The notes under the pieces: model-generated | Seen by the model: only the letters and a program-made list of their open reading frames with translations | Told to the model about the DNA's origin: nothing | Database searches by the model: none | Shown here: piece after piece, positions 41,457 through 56,108 of the stretch | Numbering within the stretch: the first letter of the stretch is position 1 | How the letters are laid out: the number at the start of each line of letters is the position of its first letter | Source of the DNA: Balanoglossus misakiensis | Taxonomy: Eukaryota; Animalia; Hemichordata | DNA length: 64,000 bases | Assembly: GCA_040954595.2 (NCBI GenBank) | Contig: CM082586.2 | Location: 5,256,509 to 5,320,508, forward strand | Direction: 5' to 3' | Translations under genes and position numbers: made by a program

Positions 41457-44400
41457 GGTGCCCCAGTCACCTTGATATAGTGTAACGGCTCACATTGTCA
41501 GCGTTTCATTCTGAAAAAAACACACACGATAAAAACACGTTGATGTCTATAGAAATCATGAAAGGCGCCGTGGCTTCGTTTATATGTGCTTTCAAGCTCG
41601 TAAACTACTGTGTACTAGATCTGGTATAGCCCCCAAATCACTGAATAAATGACATTTTCCATATCCTATCTCCGGAATTGTACCTGTACGACAGGGTATC
41701 AGGAGCCGCACCGGTTGTATTTACCTAGGTCATTTCGAAAAGGGAGCGGTTGGTTATGGTATAAACGTGTCAACAGCATCCGTAAGTTGCCATGAAGGAG
41801 TCACGCGCTTGTTTTGCTACATAGGTCGTGATCCTCACCGTATATTAACTCATACTCACCCTATTACTTTACAACACTCGTCACTAATACCAGTACCTAA
41901 GAATCTTTGACCACAGGACCTAAAAATACAGATCCAACAGCCTCGACCAAACTAAACAGAAGTAGCGGAGTACAAGGTTACTATGTACACACTACAAAGA
42001 CGAAAAACACACTCTATATCAGAATAGTGAGTCGGGGTCAGAGGGCATGCGCCGAGGTAAATCGAGGTAGCAATGGCGGCTTAGTTTACTACCGACTATA
42101 AGTATACATATTGACATATGATGTTGGCAGACGAGTGAAGTGTAATTACATTTTAAACAACGTATGCGTCATATAAACTAAATTCACTATATACAGAAAG
42201 GAGTGAAACATTTAATGGCACTTCATGGCGTAGAGTGACCAAAAGCAGCGTTAATATGAAAAGGAAATTTCACCTATTTTGCTGGCACATGTCACACACC
42301 AACGGGCATAGGCCCACTACCATTGTGTTGTTATGCAACCTGTTCATAGAACAAATATAAGTTTGCCCACGGTGTGTGTGGAGAGAGCGTGATTTACTTA
42401 ATCACCTGTCATAAGTGAAAGAACCCCGATATTAACATATCAATTCCAACACAGAACTGATGAATGGAACACTGTGTACGTGTACCACCTGGAACAGATT
42501 TCCGTCGAAAATCCCATATAAACACTTGCCGACATGAAAATGGTGCGGTCGGTGGTAAAAAGTCGTAGCTTTCAGCATTTCTTGTGTTAAGCATTTGCCG
42601 AAACACAGTGGTTGCAATTTTGAGGCCATGCGTGTTTATGTTGTAGCTGCATGGACACAATGGGCAATTTGAGACTGTCGTCTAGGTGTAGGGACGCACG
42701 AGATTGTGTTACCGACAATTTTTGTTCGACTACATGAACCCGCGGATAATGTCAGGTTTGAATTCATGTTTTTTTTTTGCCTGTAGTGTAGGTTACCTGA
42801 TTACTCAGAACAAGCTTATCTTTTTTCTCGGCCGAACGAACACAGAAACATCGAACCGTGCCAGTAGTCGATTTGTTCCCAAAGGCACGGTTACAGGTAA
42901 TGATCTGTTTACCTCCACGGCGGAAAAGGGGAACGGAACATTTGAGATGACTAACGACGTTGAAAGCGTAAACTAAAAAACAGAATGCATGGTTACCATC
43001 GTTTGTTTAATACCGATTCAAACTCAACCCAAGTCGGGTGAGATTGGCCACCAGCCATCTCTTCTATGTAATGAGTTGACAGACGAAGAACTTGTCGCAG
43101 TGAATGGAAAGATTCACATCATGAAAGACGCTGACCTACCTGGATACCCCGGCGCCCATGACCGACTATACTGGATGTTAAAGATTTAGCAATGTGCGGG
43201 CGCTGTCGCGTTTCGCCACCTTCAACCCTTACCATTATTGGCTTGGTCACAGTCCCTCAAGAAAATGTCCTTCACCAATGTCCTTCAGCAGAGATAGTGG
43301 CGTCCTTCACCAAATGGCGACACCCTTCGGCTTATCTCCTCAATCCTTTACGTAAAACTCTCACCCTGTGCCCAGGCTGTTGCGTTCGTAAATAGTCCCA
43401 TTGTCCTTTACTGTCCGTCGTTCTCATAAAGGACACGCTGACATTTATGTCAAATGTCGCGCTAGCTAACTTAGAGTAATAAGTCTACGTTTTGTCAAAA
43501 AAATCCTTGAACAAACAGTCTGGGCTTTTCAAGTAAGTCGCACATTTTTTTGCTGATGTCTTTCAACTGGTCATTCCTGGAATTTCTTACAGAACCTGTT
43601 GTATGGTCTTAGATTCTTTTCACGTTTCACGTCATTTTTCGTGTGTCCGGGAACGACGGATACGTTTATTTACCAGAGTTACGAAAATTAAACAAATGAA
43701 ACGGGAATTTGTATTTTCGTGTTGGCAGTTCCTGTTGAAACGCGTTGACTACTGTCGCGACTCAATTCACAGTGAAATGCCGACGATGACCTGTGTTGCC
43801 GCCCCCCCCACCACCACCCCAACCCCTAAGGCTAAACACACTGAAGTTTACTGCGAAACATATTAACTCGTGGGCATGCCGAATCGTTGGAAACTGAGCC
43901 GGAATAAGACCCTTGGCTTTGAGGTGGTAGCCAATAGTGAGTGGGCGGTTGGGTGTGGGGGTATAGGTGCGGCCTACGGCACGGTGAGCAGGTTGTTAGA
44001 TCACGTGCTAACACATGATGGCAGCTACTAGTATATATATACGGATTTCTATCTCTCTGTGCCTCTGTTCGTGCGTGTGGATGTGAGCGTCTAGTCTGTC
44101 TGTGCCATCGACAGTGTCCCAGGCTCATCAAGTAAGTGCTCATTTGCATAATTAATTGTTGTGGTTAGTGGTATATAACCAAATTGGACGCAATTTGGGA
44201 CGGACATTGATTATTAATGTACCGTACAATAATTAGTACTGCCACTTCGCCGTATTTTGTCAAAAACTTCATATCTATTTAATGAACTTTTGTAATTAGT
44301 GAAACATTTCTAAAGTTACTCCCCGAAAATTGATGATGAACGCTAACAAGTATGATGCATAATTTATCTAATTAATACTGCTCCAAAAGGATGCAGCTCG

Positions 44401-47400
44401 TTACAGATAGGGTGCCGATCTCTCAATAGCATTTCATTAAAAGATAGAATAGCTTCGTGAAACTTTAACGCCAATATGCCTATTTCCCACAGGATTTGAG
44501 TACTTTCACTTCGTTTCTTCTTTTGACTGTTTTCCAACACAGCTTCCCTTTGTTGTTGGTAGTAACCGTGGGTGAATGACTAGCTTTCAAATGCAAAGGG
44601 GGTTCCGATAGCTATGCGTTCACTTGTTCAACCCCTACGATGACCCATAGCGATAGGAAATTCAACGTTAACCGGCTGTAATCATGCTTGCCGAGATAGG
44701 ACTGAATACGGCCTTGTTACCGGATCTTGACCTGTTGTGACGAAGCACACACCGAGCCACTGAAACCCCATGTCCAAAATACTCGCGTCAGTCACATCGC
44801 CCAGAAGAAAAACTACTCGAAATTATAATTAACAAAACGTTTCTTCAGCTGGGAATTAATTGTACTAATAAAAGATTTCCCGCTCATTGCGAGATCTCAC
44901 GAGACTTGTTTAATGTTCTCGCTAGTATTTAGAACGGAAACATCAACTGGTTGAATGTGAAAAACATCAATTGTTGTGATATCTGCAATTTTATGTTTTG
45001 TTGCTCATTGATTATTCTTGCTTTTGGCCAAAAAAGTCTTTTTCAAAAACGCTTTTCCTGATCGTGAATTATACATAGCAGCTGCTATTCATAGTCTTCT
45101 TCAGAAACATTTGCCCTGGTCGTGAATTATGTATATTATCTTCTATTCTGACTTAGTACCCCGCGGCGAACAACCATGAAACGCCCACGACTACTTTTCA
45201 ACTCTTATATCATAATTGATAGCGTTGTGTAGTTTTACACAGTGTCATATCATTTTTTTTTATCAGTCTATAATAAGAGCAAGACGAGTTCCCGTTACTT
45301 GTGTATTCGCTATCCGCGACATGATATGCCGTGGTCCCTGCTGAGGCTTTCTGAAATCACTTCGAGATCCGTCTACAGGGTCAAAGTGCTGTGTGTACAC
45401 CTATTTCGGGTTCATAGACCTCCCCCCCTCCGAGCTTTAAAAACGTCCCATATTTGTTCAAGCTTGCTTCATCGCCCTTTTCGGAGGGGGGCTGATTTAA
45501 CATGCTGACGTTTCCAATATGGCGCAAATCCCAATTAACTTGTGTCGGAGACAGAAATAATTCTCGTCTGTCTTAGATGAATCATCGTGGATATCAATTC
45601 CATGTAATCAAGCTCGTCAGATGCTTAGAACTACATGCACTGTATGGGCCATATAGGATAACATATGTGTTTCCCATAACCCCGGTAATACACGATTGTG
45701 GTGTTTCGTGTTTCGAAATTCAGGCGTAGTTCATGTTCACAAGCAAGGCACGCTGTGGGGGAAAACTGTAGTTTAATAATAAATAAAAATATTTGAAAAA
45801 AAGCTTCGACGATTTTCTACTTGCGATTTGACAGTCAGATCGATGCAGAACTCTAGTCTGCGAATTTGTCTAGCGTAATAGTATATGCCCTACACACCAC
45901 GATTTCGCTCTTTTTGACCTCGGAATGACTTTTACTATTAAGGCGGATAATAGAGTCGAGTCAACATCGGGTCGTGCCACAGATTAATTTCACGCTTTCA
46001 TAACTTGCGTTTAATTAGAATAAATGAACATTAAGAACGAAGAGTTAATATAAACGAGATGTCAATCACTCAAAAAGGTAAAGGCCAAATTTACCCGATC
46101 GTTATCATATACGCGGGCGTGTCTACAACTACAAGTTTGGAGACGGTCATTTTAAGCAAAGTCCAGTCACTGCAGGAAAAAAAATCATGACGTGCGTACG
46201 CGAATGATTTGAGCTTGCAATTTGAGTATCGTTGTGGGTATGAATTTATTCGTCGTAGGGGAAGTGAAACGTATTTTTGCTGCTTGAAATGAGTTTCCCT
46301 CATTTCCTTCATACTAAACCAGCACGTAATAAAAAGAAAGGCCTCTCGGAGCCAAACAAACAGAATTGAATGTTTGCCGCAACGCGCCACACGCTGATGT
46401 CGGCCCGATTATCTGGATCGACTCGTTATACAGGAGGAGATTGCCATGGTAACCTTGAATCCACTCTGCCGCGCCGGCTCGTCATCTATAGAACAAAAGG
46501 CAACGGTTTGCCGCGCTACGTCAAGTAATGCAGACTCCTCATTATATTAACAATGTTGGGTCACGTGGTCATTTCTGAGGCGTTTAATCAGTACGGCGGC
46601 AGCTGCGGACGTGTTTAGCATCAGAGCCAGCGATGAGGCCTGGTCGAAAAGAGCGAGATTTTGGTATTTCTTTGCGAATGATCACCCTCAGCCGAGGCAA
46701 AGGACCTGGTGTCTAGGCTAGAGAGGAAGGGAACAGTCCGGTACGCGAGCGTGGTTTCTCGTTGACGGCGCACCGCGTGAGAGATGACAACTGAAGTCGC
46801 TCTGGCGTCTTGCGGGATCTTAATACACACTGGTGCGGCAGAGAAACAGGATTTATTCGAGGTAGGCCTCAATGGAAGACTTGTGCACGTTCTAATTCTT
46901 GAGATAGTGGGGGCTAATGAATCGGTCGACCTCAAGCCCGTATATAAACGCCATCTCGGTAGTTTGTTGTTTACGGCAGGCATGGGTGTGACTTGAGCGA
47001 AGACGTCATCATCATTCCATGCGGTATGACAAATCTATTACACGCGTGTGAGAATGGGGCACCGCTGTCTCGATTTCCCGTGATGCCTGCCAAAGAACAT
47101 CTCAACAGGTTGATATCACGCTACCTGTGTGTTTTTTATGGGGGGTTGAATCGAATGAGGAACTTGTCAGTTTTTAGACATTCACTTCCTCAAAGGTCGA
47201 ATACCCCATTAATCACCCCCCTCCCAACAAATCATGTTCCATTCAAAAGTAACTTCCTTGTCAAGATACATGTACAGATGTCGTTATCCCTGGGGCCATT
47301 TTCTCGGTCGTGGGCAGTCTTCCAAGTGGAAACGGGCATCACTGCAAATAAAACCCTTCTGCAAAGGTTGAGGAGTCGTGTTTCCAAGAAAATTAGTCAT

Positions 47401-49995
47401 GCTCGTACCTTCTTGTGTTTTTCCCCCACATCTGTTATATATTCTGTGCCACACGCAATTAATTTAATGAGTTATTATCTCGCATATGGAAAGTATAAAC
47501 CGATTCCTCACTCAAAGAAAAAAAATGGAAAGCAACGGATCTGTTTATACATCTATTAGCTCACTCTCCGCCATATCATCGTTCTATTCGTTGTTTTCAG
47601 GCCGCCATTGAACAAGACCGAATTTGCACATCGCATTTTCACCTTTGCGACGAAATTCAAAATCCACGAGGAAACAAAATAATCAGGTGATCAGTTCACA
47701 GGGCCTTGCATAGTTATTACGCGTCCTCCCTTGGGTTTTGTCCAGGCTCACGCTGCCTGATTTGTTTGTCCTCAGATCCATCAATCAAACTTTCCGAACA
47801 ATTATTCCTCAAAGATAAATTACTATGAACGCGTTATTCAGTAGCGTTAATGCACTCGCTGCGATGATAACGACACGACCACCGACGCTGCGTTTTTTAA
47901 TGTGGCGATATATCTTTGCCTTTATACTGAACAACCCAGCAATCGCAATAACACCAGTGCTTGAAATTATAATGCTTAGCGTAGCAATGATGCTACATGT
48001 TACCTGTATAAGTGTCAATAATGTTTGTACATGATGTTTAATATCTGGTGGAAGTAGATATTGATCAAAGCATGCCGCGTACGTTGTTATTGGTTTGAGA
48101 CGACAGGGGAAATATTTGTGTAATTAGCTTCGATCATTCTCGCCACAAATAACACATGCATGGTAGCGGCTCTAAATGAATATTTTGTGCCTTGCAGTCA
48201 ACATATTCCTTATCTCCTCTTCACATCATTCCCGTTCGCAAACACGTAATCGCTGGGAAAAATCTGGAGTAGTGACGTATACAACGTGATATGCATGACG
48301 TCACAACGTTGTACAATACGACAACACGCTAAAATTATACCAGTATTGCTATTTGTCGGTTCGCTTCCCTGATCGAGAGCGTCGCAACAGAAGATTTCCA
48401 AACTGGGTGTTTCTTTCTGGTTCACTTGTACAACTGGACCGTTGACCTGCTTTGACGGCCAGGCATTCATATTCAAATCGCCACCGCAGTTCTTTTCCTG
48501 CCCGCATTAATTATTTATAACACACGACGTTTGGGAATGCGCAATGACAATGTACGAAGTTAAATTTCTCTAGCTGCCACTTAGCAAGCTTCGTCTAGAT
48601 AATAATATTATAATCCCATGCGGTGATAGTCACTTTTCGATTTCTGACGCTAATTCGTGTTACGTAATCATTTCTCTTTTAATTAACAGAGAAGCTTAAC
48701 TAATAAGATCATCCGAAAGTGTACTGTGAACGGGGGATATAACAAACAGAATTAAACCGTCAAATCAAATCTGATATAATTTTACAATATATAATTTTTC
48801 ATTGAGCAACATAGCCAGGGAGAAACTCCGGCTATATGTTATGATAGTTATTTTACACCGCGTTATGCGCTTGCGTTATCTTCCGTTCTCGGCTCTCCTA
48901 CCACACCCAACTTAAAAGCGTTCCACGCGTGCCTTTCTAATAAATCCCATAAATAAATTATGTTAATTATTTTCATTAATTTAAATTTCATTTACTGTCT
49001 TAATGTTTTTTTTTTCATTAACTTTTCAAAACATTTGCAGCGGTATATTTACAGTTTCACATTAAAGCTAAAGTTGCCATGTAATTAATTAAGACCGCGG
49101 GGTGTACTGCGTAATATGACTGCCAACGTACCAGAGTTTATATTTAACCTTGACAGAGGATTATAAGCTGTCCAAATAACACAAAGAAATATTTCAAAAA
49201 TACCCTTTACATTTTCGAGATCACATCAAAGACAGTTGTTTGAGGAATCTCATACGCCAGAACGACCCATTGGTTCCGATGTGCAGGGGTGATGGCGCTT
49301 TCCAAATAACAGTCAAAGTTTTAACGTGTCCCGTGCATGCTACCCTGTACCGTACCCCTCTGAGGTCGATATGTCAACATCGCACGGCTGCTGTCAGAAC
49401 GATGTCACTTGGGGGCTGCCAGAGGGTGATTTCTTCGGAATCGTGCCGTTCCCCGAGACTAGATTCAAAATCAATAGCCCTGACACTAACCATTGACTGG
49501 ATAGACCTTTCCCCTAACTGTACACGAATTGCGTGTCGTCCGCGTTCGATATGCATAAAAAAATATGTACGTCATATATAGATTTCACCGGTGAACGCCA
49601 ACTTTAATGACCTAGAATTATGATCGATAAAACAGAAGTGTAATACCACGAGTCGGAACATTGCTCTGTTTAATAAATCTCGAGTGTGCGTAGTCAAGGT
49701 TTTGTGACAATATGTGTCAGAAATGAAATGAATGTTTCGAGGGGGATGGTCATTTAGGCTTTGGCGACAGAATGACAGAACTAAACCCGTGGTTAGTTTG
49801 AGACGCAACTCAACGAATTTCATTTGAGCCTCTCCCAATGTCTGAACGTAATGGTAGACAGGCTAGATCGCATAACAGGACTGCAGGTCAACAAAAAAAA
49901 AACAATCTGCAATAACTCACGTCTGGAACGCACGCTGCTTTCATTACTGACCTCAGAAACATGCGAAATCGAATAAGCTCGACGGTTGAACTTAT

Positions 49996-50313
49996 TTAAA
50001 GCAGTAAGTGCCCCGGGGACAGTGAGATTTTCAGAAAAACTGTTGAGGAGTCTTTTCGTAAACAAAGAAGAAACATAGTCTTCAGCGACCTGTTTTCATT
50101 TAAAAAATCGCTACTCTATATTTTCTCCGCATAGAATGGCGCCATTTTGAATTTCTAAATTGAGGCAACTTTGCTCTTTAGTTCAAAATGTTGACTGGTA
50201 ACCCCCCCCCCCTTTTTTTTTGTTTATATTAAGACAGAATAATCTACAGATGTCCTGGGCAAAATATGGGAAAGGATTTTAGAAAGGATTTTTCGAAGCG
50301 TGTACTACCTTAA
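49996..50313. mobile_element. Degenerate ~320 bp non-autonomous DNA transposon with TTAA ends (Kolobok-like)
   Basis: Left TTAAAGCAGTAAGTGCCCCG versus reverse complement of the right end TTAAGGTAGTACACGCTTCG gives an imperfect TIR. Internal TGGGCAAAATATG recurs at ~61840. A similar end, TTAAGGTAGTATG, occurs at ~4520. Confidence 0.45.
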
Positions 50314-51594
50314 GCGGGATCAAATTCCAGCGACCCGTGTTAAATGTTAACATGTAGTAAATCTTGTCGGATAGGACCCACCTTTAACATTTTACTGTGT
50401 GTTGGTGTGTTGGACATATGCTCACAGTACAAATAGTTGAAACTGTTGCCTTTTGAAGTTGTGACGGAGCCCAACGCATCAGAGACGTTTCAGCGCCATA
50501 GTGTGAGTAATCTCGAGTTAAACTGAAATGTAAGTAACAATTTCGTTCGCTGTGACTGATTTTAGAAGGGCGCGACACTCTCTCGTATTAGACTTAGTCA
50601 GACAGTCACACAGCCCACGGAGAAGACTGTCTTGCGTCGCCATAACGAATAGCACGACGAGATACAAGTGGTTTCCAGACGTTCAGAACGCTACAATGGT
50701 GACATAGCTGCATCCCATGGGGCCAAAAATAGATATCCAGCCTCTAGCACTTGGTCAGAATAGCAAACAATTCGGATACTTTTTCCCTGGAAAGCTGCTA
50801 AGCTCGATAACTACATGTATCCGGCTGTGGGTGCCAGGACTTCATTGACATGGGCAAACATGCGTCATCGTTCCCCGCTGCGGTATTGCGCAAATAATCA
50901 TGATATTTTCTACGAACTGAGGCAGGACCCGCGCAAACGTGTCCATGGCATGTGACCTGCGTACAGCAATCTAACGGTTAATCCTCGTTGGGACCAGTGC
51001 ACACGGCAAACATCTCAAACGTGCAAGTATTCACACAAACTATCACCGGTTAGGGAGATAACAAAATCGATCAATAAGTGCTTTCAAAAACTACGTTTCT
51101 ATTGGTCAGTGATGTCCACTGGTATTTCGTTGGGTTCGGCAGGTGGGAAATCTCGGACACGGTAGGTGCCGAGTTTGAATAACGTACAGCAAAGGAGTAT
51201 TTAGATAACCGTACCTGACCAAGATGTGATTCATGCCCAAAACGAAACCAACCAATACATCAAATCACGGTCCTGTGTGGAGTGAACGCGTGATCAAATT
51301 GTACATTCAAATATTGACTCAGCCCTATCAGTTTTAAATACAATTTGTATATATCGACCATTTGAATTTATCGCATAGCGTACGTACGAACAAGCGGTGG
51401 AAAGAAAGAAGATATACAGAGAGGGAGAGAGTAACTAACATTCAAACGTGGCTGACTGTTCGCAAGTTAAAACTGTAGGCAGACCTTTTATGTACTTCAT
51501 GAGTAAGTATTCTTGCTCGCGTATTTAATTACAAGGCAACTCTTTATATATTTTTACAGACTGAAGATTAACGAGACAAACCGTGCCACAGATC

Positions 51595-53977
51595 ATGAGA
51601 GCACGACAGTTGGGTTTATTTGCTATGGTCGCCATAGGACTTCTCAATTTCACGATTCTTATGATTCTGGTCACTACGACGAGGAGTACAACAGACTATC
51701 CGCCACGCGACAGGGGAGACTACGTCACGATTGGGACCCGAAGTAACGACCTCGCTGATTTGGCAATTGCGACCGGTGTTCCAGTGGTGAACGCCATTGA
51801 TGCACCACTGAACAAAACCGAATCAGACCACACGCGGGCTGCGGAATCTCGAGCTCCGAATGTGCGAGATGCATCTGTGCCCAAGGGGACTGAAAAAGAG
51901 ACCTTCCAAAGCCTTCGCCAAAACTGGAGTTTTAACGCAACGGCGGCTGATGAATTCAGGTGAGTGAAATATGACATGGATGTTTTGATCATTCAATCCA
52001 TGAAGCAGCCTGAGAATGATGTCACTATGGTCATGGATACTTTGATACGCAGAAATCTGCGTTCTTCTTCATCTCAACACTCATTTGCATTTTTTTGGCA
52101 GATCACTGCTGGATAAAAACTGCAACACCTCCCAAACCTTCCTGACGACGCAGGATAACGTGAGACCGTATGGGATCCTACAGTATGAGGCCGAAAAGAA
52201 ATCAAAATTAAATATAACCCCGGAAGTCTATAACAGATTCTTGCAGGTGAGCATTCGCGTTGGAGTTTGTCACTACACGTAAACAGGTTTTTGATGAACA
52301 TTCCTTTATACAATGCAATAGTTTTTTTCTTGAGTAGACATGTTCAAATAAACTCCATTTGCTGAAAAATACTTCATTTATATTGCCAAGTGTTCTTTGT
52401 TGTCAGAAAATGCCATACCACGAGAGAACGTTCAAGAAATGCAGCATTGTGGGAAACAGTGGATTTCTGTTGAACAGCAACTGTGGCCAATCCATCGACG
52501 CGGCAGATTTTGTAATAAGGTGAACTACTTGTCCTACGCACAATCTGTCTTTTGTGAGAATTTGTTTGGTGCCATTTTAGTGCCTCGTTTCAGCCTCATT
52601 GTTTGTTTGTTTTTTGTTTAATCGAACTTCATATTTGTGCAAACTTGCAAACTATGCAACCACTTTACAAGATGTGGAACGAGGGTGAGCCCAGAAATGA
52701 GACTTGGCCACGTGTGCAGCTGTGAATGTGGGCATGCGCACTCTGCTTAACAATCCTCCAGCCAGAGCAACTGTTCATTGGATTATCTGCCCTGGGTGTG
52801 ATGATTTTGGTCAAATTGTGGTAAAATAACAACCCATACAATCACAATTGTCCCGTCTGCAAAATTTGGCGCAAGTTGTTTTTACTTTTCTTACGTATTT
52901 TACAGGTTTAACCTCGCTACTGTTCGTAATTTTTCTGAAGACGTTGGCTCGAAAACAGATCTTATGACGTGCAATCCTACTCTCCTTCAGCGGACGTAAG
53001 TTAAACGCAAATATGATCAGTTATGTCTAACTTTAGTTATATTTGGCAGACTTTGAAGCGTTGGCACAGCCTTCAATTGTTCCCTTTGTCTTCTACAGCT
53101 ATAAAATACTCCAACAGAACGAAAGCCAGCGGTTTGTCAATCATATGATGAGCGAATACCCAAAGGCTTCTCTGTATATACCAGCGTTTACATATAGATT
53201 CTGCACCAAGTATTCGTTCAAAGCACAGGACATTCTACAGCCTGAGAATATAGATGTGGTGTTCCCACATCCTCGTCACATCCTGTCCGTGAAGAACTTT
53301 TGGAAGAAGCGAATCAAAGAGAGGAGAATAACATCAGGTGAGATGAAGCGATGACGGCGCAAGGGTTGGTGTTTACGACCACTGGGATTTGTGGTAAAAT
53401 GGACAAAACTCTGTCTGGCTTTTGTTGTAGAGGCAACTTTGGACGTTTGAACCATTTTCCACAGTACAACACTGAACAATTTACAGTAACTGTTGAACCA
53501 GCGATTCCACGCCGGTGCCGCTCTCATCACATCACAACACAGCGCAGAGCAACGCAACGCAACACAACACAACACAACACAACACAACACAACACAACAC
53601 AACACAACACAACACAACACAACACAACACAACACAACACAACACAACACAGCATAACACAACACTACACTACAACACAACACAACAAATTTCGATCGAT
53701 AATATTTATCAATTCTCATTTTCTTCCAGGCTTGCTTCTTTTCACTGGCGCAATGAGTTTCTGCGACGAGGTCCATCTGTATGGGTTCTGGCCGTTCCCG
53801 GAGGACCCGGATGGGAATCCCCTCTACTACCACTACTTTGATAAATCCGCGGTGATGCTACCGCCCCAGAAGTTACAGAAACTCCACCACAACATGCCTG
53901 AAGAGTACAAAATGTACATCGATTTGCATAGAAAGGGAATTCTACGATTGCATGTCGGGAAATGTAATGCGTCATGA
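51595..53977 (+). CDS. ST8SIA: Alpha-2,8-sialyltransferase-like (GT29) copy D; exons 51595-51959, 52102-52246, 52407-52519, 52906-52995, 53099-53337, 53730-53977 (399 aa)
   Basis: TM anchor, QNWSFNATAADEFR, motif L [30 protein letters not shown], motif S [43 protein letters not shown]. Exon sum 1200 nt. Confidence 0.92.
53524..53687. repeat. (CAACA)n pentanucleotide microsatellite in copy D intron 5
   Basis: Long perfect core of caaca units with degenerate flanks. Confidence 0.95.
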
Positions 53978-56108
53978 TCGCCAGCTGCTATATTTGGCAC
54001 GTGCAATTTTCTTATATTACATGTGCAATACAGACTTGATTATCATAATATGACGCCATTTTATTTCCCCGGCCTTTGGTGATAGCTTTCTTTAGCATAT
54101 GGCGCAAGTGCAATAATTTGGATTGTAATTGATCCGGACAACTCGATTCCATAATCACAGTCTTTAGGTCGTGGCTTTGAACACGATTGAATATGCCTTT
54201 CGTGTTCTGCTTGGGGATTGCGAGTTGTTTCTTCAAGGGCGCCTTAAAAATTAGTCGAGATACAACGGTAGCTTGGATTGGTCGACCGCCGCGGGGCTAC
54301 ACACGGGGATAGTGATGTGTCCGCATCGGCTACACGCTTTTCGGTTTTAATTTTAACACGATATTTAATATTTATGTGCAATACAAAATCGCCCACTCGG
54401 TGATCATGTATGGTGCTATGTTGGTCACATCACCCTAAATTATTTTTTTCAAGTAAGTTAAACATGTTATGGAGTACAATTAAATGATTTTCGTGATATT
54501 TATTCAAAGTTATGACACCAAATATTTTCTTTACCGAATCATGCTGCCTTAAAAAGGTTCTTGCTATATAGGTGATTGATGAAAAAATCTCATGTAGTCG
54601 ACATAATTACAAGATGGTGGTTTCTTTCATTGATGGGAATTCAGATCAGGTAGTCTTTTCAGCGTGGCTCCATGTTACGGCGTTTGAAAGAGAATCGTCT
54701 CTTGTCTGGACAAGGAATTTCTGTCTCCTTGTGGTTTTATTAACTTTGATAACACCGTTTGCCTGGTAATCTGTTTTTTGTTTTTTGTTTTCTTCGTCAG
54801 ATTTTCGCCATATTTTCAGTTTTTATGTGTATATATTTCTGGTCAGTTGTTCACAAGTTGGGTCCTGAAATAAATATATGTTAATTAATTACGAATCGAA
54901 TGAGTGATTCTTGTTGTAATGTTCACTTTCAAATCATTTAGAATAGCAAATTTCCTCATTTTATTGAGTTTATATTTCACTTCTATGCGGTTGAGTAAAA
55001 TATACCATATGGTTAATGATTTTTTTCTGGCGAAGAAATTACTCAAGAGAGAAAATCGCTTAGCAAAAATCCGTGGATGTTTCAACTTAGGTGTAAAATT
55101 TAAATTTCTATTGATAACGCGCATACATTGCCAGACTGTTTGCAGCTGTTGGTTTAAAGGTCCATAGGAAGGTCATAGAGATTTAGACTCATTTCTGACA
55201 GTATACGCAGACAGTTCGCTACGATGTGGATTTTAGTGTCGCCACCAACGGCGGGTGGATTGAAGTTTTCCGGCCTTCCATAAACATTTTGTGAAAGGCT
55301 GTCGCGCGCAATAGAAAATAACTGAGCAAAAAGTCATTCAAAGAACTTCTCGGGTATTAACACACACAAGTAAACGAAAACTGCATTACGGGATAAGTGG
55401 TTTTAGTTTGCACATGGGAGCCACGGTGGGTTGGGTCAGAAGTTCCCGACTGTCTGGTCACGGCGTACTGGAGAGTGGTGTGTCAACAACCGTCATCGAC
55501 TTCTTACATGTCATCAGACAAGGTCCTTGTCGAGGCGTACGCTTTACTTGCACACAAAACCGTGACCTTATAGGGAGGTTATACGCTTTTGTTCGTTTTG
55601 TATGGGTCGGTCGTGCATTCTTTCGAACACGTCAGTTGGACCCGTGATCGTTGTGGGAAAGTGTTGTTGTGGATTTCTGGACTCCGGGGGACTTACCAGC
55701 AATAGAGAAATCAACAAACGAGATGTAAGTACGATTTCGGTTGCGATTTCATCAAAGTTAGCGGATTCGGTCCAAACATTTGTTGAAATTCTCTGCCGAT
55801 CAATGGCGCCCACTTGAAGTCCTCCACCAAGATTTTTTCTGTAGTGAATCGAAGGCTTGACTTCCGGACGTAAAGGTAAAGACACAGCCACAGACTCGAC
55901 TGTTTACAGATTGCCGCGTACACCGTGAAACAATCGTACAACTTTCAGACCGGCATAAAGTGCGTAGTGGCGCCCGAGTGGGCGACGACGGGCGGGTGGA
56001 GTTAAAACGAAAACGCCCTGTGGAGCGGTGACGTATTTGCATGAATGAAATGTGCGTGCTATGCAAGGTGTCCGGCCCTGAAGCCGTAAACCACGTATAC
56101 AAGGAACT

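Noticed and set aside
46993-47559. 188-aa ORF, and overlapping ORFs at 46621-46996, in the central spacer
   Set aside because: The 188-aa ORF has a non-ATG start, and none shows a recognisable domain or coding-like composition.
53276-53977. ORFs with CCVVL or HNTTQ repeats, one fused to the last ST8Sia exon
   Set aside because: They are read-through of the intronic (CAACA)n repeat. The true exon starts at 53730, matching the paralogs.
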